From assembly GCA_965223545.1 (NCBI GenBank), contig OZ245006.1, positions 3,424,001 to 3,488,000 on the forward strand: 64,000 bases of DNA, given 5' to 3'. Below, in pieces: positions 10,397 to 17,782 of this stretch (its first letter is position 1; each line of letters opens with the position of its first letter). The position numbers and the translations under genes were made by a program. Source of the DNA: Planctomycetota bacterium. Lineage in GTDB: Bacteria; Planctomycetota; UBA1135; UBA2386. The notes beneath the pieces were generated by a model. It saw only the letters and a program-made list of their open reading frames with translations, was not told the origin of the DNA and searched no databases.

Positions 10397-10846
10397 ATGC
10401 GCGGCGTCCTGTTGGCACTCCTGGCGACGACCTGCTCGTGCAGCCAGCTGGTCCGCTACACCGATGAGCTCGGCGACGCCCGCAGCGGGCGGTCGCTGGC
10501 CGTCACCACCACCGCCAACACCGGCGCGTTCCTCGGCTTCATCGCCGGCCTGCCGTTCGACCTGGCCGCGCTGCCGGTGACCTTCGTCATCTACCGGATC
10601 CAACGCGAGCAGAACAAGCTGCAGGCGGATCCGATCTCGACCATGCTGTTTCCGTCCTTCGTCCTATGGCGGGCGGGCACGCTGCTGGCGGCGCCGTTCG
10701 ACATGATCGAGTTCGTCACCTGGCGGGCCTGGCAGCCACCGGTCGCCCCCAACCGGCAGGAGCAGCTGGCGATCGAGTACGAGATCGACGAGGAGACGCT
10801 GGGCAGCTACCCGGTGACGCCGATCTACCCGCTCGCCGAGCAGTGA
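10397..10846 (+). CDS. Putative lipoprotein, function unknown
   Basis: MRGVLLALLATTCSC signal/lipobox-like N-terminus plus hydrophobic segments. Start uncertain. Confidence 0.55.
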   Translation: MRGVLLALLATTCSCSQLVRYTDELGDARSGRSLAVTTTANTGAFLGFIAGLPFDLAALPVTFVIYRIQREQNKLQADPISTMLFPSFVLWRAGTLLAAPFDMIEFVTWRAWQPPVAPNRQEQLAIEYEIDEETLGSYPVTPIYPLAEQ

Positions 10847-10902
10847 CAAGATGGCAGGCGGCGGCCGCCGACGGGCGTGCCGCGGCAAGGCCGAAGAGTA
10901 TC

Positions 10903-10931
10903 CGTAACTTCAGCAATTCATGGTGGTTACG
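10903..10931. promoter_or_regulatory. Spaced palindrome CGTAAC-N17-GTTACG, possible protein-binding site
   Basis: Perfect 6-bp arms in an AT-richer intergenic segment upstream of the kinase. A degenerate copy lies at 4852-4880. Confidence 0.3.
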
Positions 10932-10985
10932 TAGAACGCGAAGCCCCCGCGATCGATTGGCCCGCGATGTGCGGTGCCTCCGCGC

Positions 10986-12008
10986 ATGACACAACCGCCA
11001 CGGCAGGCGCGCTCGCTGGGACCCGCGGCCCTGTTGCCGGTCCTGCTCGCCAGTCCGCCCCCCGCCGACGCCGCGGTGACGGGGCCCTATCGCGTGCTGG
11101 CGCCCCTGGGCCAGGGCACGATGGGCGCGGTCGCGCTGGCCGAGCAGCGCTCGCCTGTGCAGCGCCTGGTCGCGCTCAAGCGCCCGCGACAGGGCCAGGC
11201 CGGCGCCACCGTGCAGCGCGCGTTCGCGCACGAGGCGCGCGCCTTGGCGAGCGCGAACCACGACCACGTGGTGCGGCTGTTCGACACCGGCACCACTCCG
11301 GATGGACAGCCGTACACGGCGCTCGAGTACGTGCCCGGTCTGCCGATCACCGAGTACTGCGACCGCAACCGGCTCGGGTGGCGCGCGCGCCTGGAGCTGT
11401 TCGTGCAGCTGTGCGACGGAGTCGGCCACCTGCACGAAGAAGGCGTGGTGCACCGCGATCTCAAGCCGCACAACGTGCTGGTCACCGAGGCCTCGGGCCC
11501 GCCGCGCGTCAAGATCGTCGACCTCGGCCTCGCCGGCTTCCTGCACGACGGCGGTGAGAGCGGCCCGCGCGGCATGCTCGGCACGCCGGGCTACTTGGCG
11601 CCAGAACAAGCGGCCGGCGCAGCGCCCGCCCCCGCCGCCGACATCTACGCCCTCGGCGCCATCCTCTACGAGCTGCTCGCCGGCGCGCCACCACACACCC
11701 CGGCCGCCCTACTGGCCGGCGGCATCGGCGACGTACCCCGCCTGCTGCGCACCCAAGCGCCACCAACCCCTGCACAACGCTTCGCCGCGGCCGGCGCCCA
11801 GCGCGGCGCGATCGCCGCCGCCCGCCGCAGCTCGCGACTCGCCCTCGGCCTCCGCCTGCGCGGCAAGCTCGCCCGCCTCGCCCACCGCGCCGTGCAGATC
11901 GACTCCGCAGACCGACCCCCCTCCGCACAAGCCCTCGCCACGGAAGTACGGAGTCAGTCTCGATTTTCTCGCTTGGCGGCAGCCGCCAAGCGAGAAAATC
12001 GAGCCTGA
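10986..12008 (+). CDS. Hanks-type Ser/Thr protein kinase (kinase domain only)
   Basis: LGQGTMGAV, VALK, HRDLKPHN, DLGLA and GTPGYLAPEQ. The last 21 or so codons and the stop lie inside the palindromic repeat. Confidence 0.85.
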   Translation: MTQPPRQARSLGPAALLPVLLASPPPADAAVTGPYRVLAPLGQGTMGAVALAEQRSPVQRLVALKRPRQGQAGATVQRAFAHEARALASANHDHVVRLFDTGTTPDGQPYTALEYVPGLPITEYCDRNRLGWRARLELFVQLCDGVGHLHEEGVVHRDLKPHNVLVTEASGPPRVKIVDLGLAGFLHDGGESGPRGMLGTPGYLAPEQAAGAAPAPAADIYALGAILYELLAGAPPHTPAALLAGGIGDVPRLLRTQAPPTPAQRFAAAGAQRGAIAAARRSSRLALGLRLRGKLARLAHRAVQIDSADRPPSAQALATEVRSQSRFSRLAAAAKRENRA

Positions 12009-12021
12009 CTCCGTACTTCCG
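11941..12021. repeat. 81-bp near-perfect palindrome (REPIN-like inverted doublet), also a possible bidirectional terminator
   Basis: Arms 11941-11980 and 11982-12021 are reverse complements at 39 of 40 positions with a 1-nt centre. Lies at the junction of convergent genes. Confidence 0.9.
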
Positions 12022-13209
12022 CTACCGCCAGAGCGCGTGGGCGACGACCTCGGCCAGGTCGGCGAAGAACGGGTCGGCCTGCTGCGCGTATGCGTAGGTA
12101 TCGTCGTTGAGGACCCCGTTCGGGTTGGTGTAGAGCACCGCGGCGAGGAAGAACCCCCGTCCCGTGCGCCGGTCCTCGATGTAGGCGTTGTCGACCGAGA
12201 AGCCGTAGGCCCGACCGACCTTGTTGTAGATGCGGATCGCGTCGCGGGGGATCACCCGCGCGATCCCGGGCAGGAACAGCTTGACGTAGTCGTCCGGGTA
12301 GCGCGCCGGATCGTAGCGCGGGTTGTCGAACTCGCGTGGCAACCGCGCCATCGCGTCGAGCAAGAACGCCCGTTGCTCCACGCTCAGCTCGGGAAACCCC
12401 CGTTTGCCGGTGTCGACATCGGGACGCACGAGCGCGACCAGGAGGTCCTGCAGGTCCCCGAGCCGCATCGAGTTCTTGTGCAAGAACGACAGCGGCGCCG
12501 CGACGCGGCGACCACCGGCGAGGTGAGCGCGGCCGATGTCGAGCCCCGGCAGCCCGGCGTTGTCCTCGAGCAAGCCACACTCCCGCGCCCCGCGCTCGAG
12601 GGTGTCGTCGCCGAAGCGCAGCGCGATCGGTCGCGCCCACCGCTGCTCGGCCGGCGGGCGCAGCTCGCTCAAGCGGTGCAGGATGCGACAGGACGCGAAG
12701 CCACCCGCACGCATCGCCTCGTTGAGCGGCCCGGGGCCGACCATCTCATACAGGTCGTTGAACGCCTGATTGTCGCTCACCGCGAACAGCTTGTGGATCG
12801 CGTGGCGCACGGTGATGCGGCCGCCGCGCAGGTTGGTCGGATCCCGTTCGCGATCGCGATCGCCGGCGAACAGAGAGCCGATGGTCAGGGCCGTGTCCAC
12901 ACCGAAGCCGGTGCCGCGTTCGGTGTTGATGCGGTTGAGGTCGAGCAGCGCGGCCACCGCCGCGCACACCTTGATCGCGCTGGCCGGATAGAAGTAGCGC
13001 TCCTGGTCGCCCCACCGCGCTCGGCGGAGCACGGCCCGTTCCCCACTGGCATCCACTTCGGCCACCGAGATCATCAGGCGACAACCGTCGGGATCCGCCA
13101 GCTGTCGCTCGAAGCGATCGGCGTGGGCCGCCAGCAACGCCGACAGATCCAACGGCTGTTCGACAGGCTGCGCCAGCAAGCCGACCGCGAGTGCGACAGT
13201 CCACGGCAT
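12022..13209 (-). CDS. Secreted serine hydrolase, class A beta-lactamase-like fold
   Basis: Signal peptide MPWTVALAVGLLAQ; SxxK (YPASAIK), SDN (AVSDNQA) and KTG-like (YNKVG) motifs. Confidence 0.8.
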   Translation of the reverse strand: MPWTVALAVGLLAQPVEQPLDLSALLAAHADRFERQLADPDGCRLMISVAEVDASGERAVLRRARWGDQERYFYPASAIKVCAAVAALLDLNRINTERGTGFGVDTALTIGSLFAGDRDRERDPTNLRGGRITVRHAIHKLFAVSDNQAFNDLYEMVGPGPLNEAMRAGGFASCRILHRLSELRPPAEQRWARPIALRFGDDTLERGARECGLLEDNAGLPGLDIGRAHLAGGRRVAAPLSFLHKNSMRLGDLQDLLVALVRPDVDTGKRGFPELSVEQRAFLLDAMARLPREFDNPRYDPARYPDDYVKLFLPGIARVIPRDAIRIYNKVGRAYGFSVDNAYIEDRRTGRGFFLAAVLYTNPNGVLNDDTYAYAQQADPFFADLAEVVAHALWR

Positions 13210-13344
13210 CGGGACTGCAAAAATTACCGTCACCCGAGGCCCAGCGCCCCGACCCGACGGTTTCCGGGAGGCGGAATATTCGTACTGCACATCCAACCTG
13301 GCTTTTGCGAGTGCCAGGCGAACGCCACTCACAGAACGAGACCC

Positions 13345-15477
13345 ATGAGACCCACCACCTTCGCCGCTGCCGGCCTCCTGGTCGCGCTCGCAACCGCAAG
13401 TTCGACCCCCGCCGCCCCCGCGCAAGACAACTCTGCTCGGGACGCGAACGACCGGCAAGAAGCCCCGCGCCGCTGGATCGTGACCTTCAACCAGCGCGAC
13501 TTCGACCTCGACGCGCTGCAGGGCGCGTATGCGCGCCGTGCCGACGCAGCCGAAATCGACCGGATCGTCGCCGGGCTGAGGACTGCCGTGCACGCCGACC
13601 AGGCGGACTTCGTCGCCCACTGCGCGGCGCGGGGCGTCGTGGTCACCCACCAATGGTGGCTCGTCAACGCCTGCGCGGTCGTCGCCGACCCGGCCCAGCT
13701 CGATGAGATCCGGCGCCATCCGCGCGTGGCGGACGTGCAGGCCGACCGGGTCGCCAAGCCCGGTGAGATGATCCTGCGCTCCACCGATACCAACAACCAC
13801 GGCACCGACGCGGTCCAGGCGCAGGGAGTCCTCGGCGACGGCGTGACCGTCGCCGTGGTGGACTCGGGCCTCGACATGGATACCGCCGGACGAGGCCGCC
13901 CGCACCGCTCGTTCTTCGTCGACGGCGATCCGAGCAACCCGAGCGGCGGCGGCATCGGCGGCTCACGTGTCCTGGCCAACGTCCAGGTCGGCGCACAGCC
14001 GGCCGAGGACGCGATCAACCACGGCACCCCGATCGCGGCGGTCGCCGCCGGCGAGGTCTGGCTCCACCGCCTCGCCGACCGCGGACACGCGCCGCGCGCC
14101 AGCATCGTCGGCTACGCGGTCGCGGACCTGAGCAGCGGCCTGACCACGGCGACGACGCTGACCACGGCGTGGCAGCGCATCGCCGCCGAGGCCGCGCGCT
14201 ACAACATTCGCGTCGCCAATTGCAGCTACGAGGGGATCTCCTTCCCCTACATCGTCGACCAGGTGGCGATCGACCAGCTGGCACTGATCGCCGACGTGGT
14301 CGTCGTCGGGATGGGCGGAAACGGCGGCGCCAGCAGCACGTCGGGCTACGGAGCGACCAACATGACGGCGGTCGGCGCGGTGTTGCCCGACACCCACGCA
14401 GTGGCTGCGTTCTCGTCACGGGGACCGCTGTTCGGCAATCCGGGCCGCTGCTACCCCGACATGGTCGCCAACGGCGTCAACATGGACATGCCGCGTGCCG
14501 ACGACGAACGCGGCCTGACGACGAGCCAAGGCACCTCCTATTCGGCTCCGCAGGTCGCCGGCGCCGCGGCTCTGTACGTGTCGCTCCGGCCACAGGCCAC
14601 CGCGACCGAGGTCAAGGCGGCGCTATTGGCCACCACCAGTGACATCTCGGCCGCCAATCCGGTGGCCCCGTACAACTCGAAGAACGCGTACGGAGCCGGC
14701 TACTTGCAGGTGCCGGCCCTCGTCCATACCGCGCGCGGCCGCGGGCTGACCGTCAGCAGCTCGGTGGATCCGCAGACACCGCTACGGTTCCGTTTGCCCG
14801 TGGCGCAGGGTCGATCGTACGGCGTCGCACTGGCCTGGTTCCGTCAGGATCCGCGCCAGGCGTCGTGGAGCAATCTCGATTTGGAGGTCTCGCTGGCAGG
14901 GCAAACCATCGCCGCATCGGAACAGACCAACGGCACCAGTGAACATCTGCGCTTCGTGGCATCCGCATCCGGGACCCTCGACATCGAGGTGCGCGCCGTG
15001 TCCCTCGGCCCCAACACCGGCGCGGGACAACCGTTCTCGCTGGTCGCCACCGACACGTCGAACACCTATTCCACCGGCTCCTTCGCCACGTTCGGCGGCC
15101 GGTGCGGCGGCCTCCTGCGCGGCGACGCCAACACGCCGCCGGAGATCGGGTTGCCCTACTCGCTGCTCTACAACCCGCGCGCCCCCCTGCCGTCGCCCGC
15201 CATCCTGCTGACCGGGAGCTCCAACACCCAGCTGGGGGCGATCACCCTGCCGTTCGACCTGACCCCGCTGGGTGCCCGCGCGTGCTGGCTGTCGACCAGC
15301 GCCGAGGCCATCACCGCGATCCCGTTCGTCCTGCTCGGCGCGCAGACCGCGGTGATCACGGTGCCGCCCAACGCCGCTCTGATCGGCGCGTCGGTGTACC
15401 ACCAAGCGGTCGAGCCCTGGCCCAACCCCCTGGGCGTGGTCACCAGCAACGGCATCGCCGCGACGATCGGCGGCTGA
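13345..15477 (+). CDS. Secreted subtilisin-like S8 peptidase with propeptide, beta-domain and C-terminal domain
   Basis: Signal MRPTTFAAAGLLVALA; triad VAVVDSG / NHGTPIA / GTSYSAP; AFSSRGP and PDMVANG. True start lies inside ORF 11302..15477. Confidence 0.88.
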   Translation: MRPTTFAAAGLLVALATASSTPAAPAQDNSARDANDRQEAPRRWIVTFNQRDFDLDALQGAYARRADAAEIDRIVAGLRTAVHADQADFVAHCAARGVVVTHQWWLVNACAVVADPAQLDEIRRHPRVADVQADRVAKPGEMILRSTDTNNHGTDAVQAQGVLGDGVTVAVVDSGLDMDTAGRGRPHRSFFVDGDPSNPSGGGIGGSRVLANVQVGAQPAEDAINHGTPIAAVAAGEVWLHRLADRGHAPRASIVGYAVADLSSGLTTATTLTTAWQRIAAEAARYNIRVANCSYEGISFPYIVDQVAIDQLALIADVVVVGMGGNGGASSTSGYGATNMTAVGAVLPDTHAVAAFSSRGPLFGNPGRCYPDMVANGVNMDMPRADDERGLTTSQGTSYSAPQVAGAAALYVSLRPQATATEVKAALLATTSDISAANPVAPYNSKNAYGAGYLQVPALVHTARGRGLTVSSSVDPQTPLRFRLPVAQGRSYGVALAWFRQDPRQASWSNLDLEVSLAGQTIAASEQTNGTSEHLRFVASASGTLDIEVRAVSLGPNTGAGQPFSLVATDTSNTYSTGSFATFGGRCGGLLRGDANTPPEIGLPYSLLYNPRAPLPSPAILLTGSSNTQLGAITLPFDLTPLGARACWLSTSAEAITAIPFVLLGAQTAVITVPPNAALIGASVYHQAVEPWPNPLGVVTSNGIAATIGG

Positions 15478-15519
15478 TCGCAGGTGACGGCGGCGGGGTT
15501 TCCTGCCACGCTATGTGGC

Positions 15520-16077
15520 ATGACCCCCCGCCCCTCGTGGTTGCCGGTCCTGCTCCTGTTGACCCTCGGCTGCGCCACGTCGCAGGTGCGCAACGGCCCG
15601 GTCGCGCACGTGCCGGTGTTCGCCGCCGACGACCCGCGCGTCGAGACCGCGGGGTTCGTCCGCGAGACACTGCGGCTGACCCGGACCATCGACGGCACGG
15701 ACTACACGCTCATGGCCTTTGCCGTCGGCAACACGCTGACCTTGGGCGCGATGGTGAAGGGCGAGTTTCAGGGCCGCGTCGACTGGCTGGTCGGCCGTCG
15801 CCGCCTGCGCTTCGACTTCGACACCGCCGCCGCCTCGAGTGAGGTGCCCGTCGCCGTGCGCGAAGACGCCGCGTGGACGCAGGCCCGTTTCACCGGCCAG
15901 GGCGCGTCCTTCGAGGAAACCCACTGGATCAACGTCGAGCTCCCGCTCGACGATTGGCTCGCCAACGACACAGCGCTGATGTTGACGTTCCGCCCGCACG
16001 GCAACGACTCCGTCGTCCTGCCCGACACGGGGTTCGCCTATTGCTGCGTGCTGGTGCCGCAGAGAAGAGAGCAATGA
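15520..16077 (+). CDS. Putative lipoprotein
   Basis: MTPRPSWLPVLLLLTLGC lipobox; its stop overlaps the start of the next gene. Confidence 0.6.
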   Translation: MTPRPSWLPVLLLLTLGCATSQVRNGPVAHVPVFAADDPRVETAGFVRETLRLTRTIDGTDYTLMAFAVGNTLTLGAMVKGEFQGRVDWLVGRRRLRFDFDTAAASSEVPVAVREDAAWTQARFTGQGASFEETHWINVELPLDDWLANDTALMLTFRPHGNDSVVLPDTGFAYCCVLVPQRREQ

Positions 16078-17669
16078 CGTCGGTCGACAGCGCGGAGGCC
16101 TCGACCGAGCTGGCGGCAAAGTTCGCGGCGCTGCAGCAGCGTCTGCCGCGCCTCTACCAAGTCATCCATTCCAACCACCCGCGCAAGCACCGCTCGGTGA
16201 TCGTGCCGTCGCTCACCTTCGATCAGGACGAGCTGGCCAAGGTCGCGGGCGTGTCCTTCTACGAAGAGCGGCTGCTGTTCTTCTTGTTGCGACTGCGCGA
16301 CCCGCGCGCGCGCGTCCTCTACATCACCAGCTTGCCGGTCGATCCCGACATCGTGCAGTACTACTTGCACTTGATGGTCGGCATGCCGGCGAGCCACGCC
16401 CAGCGCCGGCTGACGATGCTGTGCGTGCACGATGCCAGCCCGCGGCCGCTGACGCAGAAGGTGCTGGAACGCCCCCGCGTCATGCAACGCATCCGCGACT
16501 GGGTCGGCGATCGACGGTCGGGCTACCTGACCTGCTTCAACAGCACGCTGCTCGAACAAGAGCTCGCGGTGCACTTGGGGATTCCGCTCAACGCCGTCGA
16601 CCCCGCGCTCGCGGCCCTGGGCACCAAGTCCGGCAGCCGTCGGTCGTTCCGCGAAGCCGGGGTCGAGCTGCCGGCCGGACGCGAGGGGGTGCGGACCGAG
16701 GATGACGTCGTCGAGGCATTGGCCGCGCTGCGCGAAGAACGTCCGCGCGCCCGGCGCGCGGTGGTCAAGCTCGACGCGGGCTTCGCGGGCGAGGGCAACG
16801 CGGTGTTCACCTTTCCGCAAGAGCCACCCCGCGACCCGGCGGAGCTGCGCAACACGCTGCGCGCGCAGCTGCCGCTCATGCGCTTCGCCGATGACGCCGA
16901 GGCACCGGCGCGCTTCTTGGCCAAGCTCGCCGAGATGGGGGGCATCGTCGAGGAGTTCGTCGAGGCCACCGAGGTGCACAGCCCGAGCGTGCAGATGCGG
17001 ATCACGCCGACCGGCGACCTGCGCTGCGTCTCGACCCACGACCAGGTGCTCGGCGGCCCCTCCGGACAGGTCTATCTCGGCTGTCGTTTTCCGGCCAACG
17101 ACGAGTACCGCGCACTGATTCTCGACCGCGCGCGCCGCATCGGCGACCTGCTGCGCGAGCGCGGCGTCCTCGGGCGCTTTGCGGTCGACTTCCTCGTCTA
17201 CCGCTCGGCCGACCAGCCGCGCTGGCAGTGCGTGGCCATCGAGATCAACCTGCGGATGACGGGCACGACCTTCCCACTGGTCGCACTGGAGTTCTTGACC
17301 GGCGGCACACTCGACGCGGACTCGGGTGAGTTCATGTCACCGCGCGGTGTGTGCAAGTACTACTTCGCCACCGACACGCTCGCCTCGCCGGCGTACCGCG
17401 GCCTGCTGCCCGAGGACTTCATGGAGATCATGGTCAAGCACGGCCTTCACTTCCGGCCGGCGGACGAGAGCGGCGTCGTCTTCCACATGATCGGTGCCCT
17501 GTCGCAGTTCGGCAAGATCGGCGTCACCTGCATCGCCAACCAACCGGCGGAAGCGGACGCGCTCTACAACCGCACACGCCAAGTCCTGGACACCGAGGCC
17601 GGCGCACCTCCCAACGTCATCGGCCGCATGAGCCCGCTGTTCGACGACTGGCCGCGCGGTATGGACTGA
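16074..17669 (+). CDS. PGM1-related ATP-grasp peptide ligase (pre-ATP-grasp + ATP-grasp + C-terminal domain)
   Basis: VIVPSL..YEERLLFFLLRLRDPRARVLYITS, GTKSGSR, VVKLDAGFAGEGNA, SPSVQMRI, STHDQVLGG, EINLRMTGTT and GALSQFGKIGVTCI. Confidence 0.82.
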   Translation: MTSVDSAEASTELAAKFAALQQRLPRLYQVIHSNHPRKHRSVIVPSLTFDQDELAKVAGVSFYEERLLFFLLRLRDPRARVLYITSLPVDPDIVQYYLHLMVGMPASHAQRRLTMLCVHDASPRPLTQKVLERPRVMQRIRDWVGDRRSGYLTCFNSTLLEQELAVHLGIPLNAVDPALAALGTKSGSRRSFREAGVELPAGREGVRTEDDVVEALAALREERPRARRAVVKLDAGFAGEGNAVFTFPQEPPRDPAELRNTLRAQLPLMRFADDAEAPARFLAKLAEMGGIVEEFVEATEVHSPSVQMRITPTGDLRCVSTHDQVLGGPSGQVYLGCRFPANDEYRALILDRARRIGDLLRERGVLGRFAVDFLVYRSADQPRWQCVAIEINLRMTGTTFPLVALEFLTGGTLDADSGEFMSPRGVCKYYFATDTLASPAYRGLLPEDFMEIMVKHGLHFRPADESGVVFHMIGALSQFGKIGVTCIANQPAEADALYNRTRQVLDTEAGAPPNVIGRMSPLFDDWPRGMD

Positions 17670-17782
17670 GCCTCAGGGTCCGCGAAACCTTCGCGCGGCA
17701 ACAACCTTTCGGAAGGCTCGATGCCGCTGGAACTTCGACAACGCAGCTCCCGGAGGCTCGAAGACAACACTGGCGTCTGCGC

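Noticed and set aside
12022..13209. Calling a bona fide beta-lactam resistance gene
   Set aside because: The fold motifs are present, but the protein is long and divergent, and the class A omega-loop ExxLN motif is not evident.
11302..13344. Apparent 1391-aa ORF adding a long N-terminus to the S8 peptidase
   Set aside because: The upstream part overlaps the kinase and is antisense to the serine hydrolase; a good signal peptide starts at 13345.
17670..17782. Short hairpins between the convergent ATP-grasp and C-T-TE genes as a possible ncRNA or riboswitch
   Set aside because: Stems are short, match no family I recognise, and lie 3' of both genes; at most a weak terminator.
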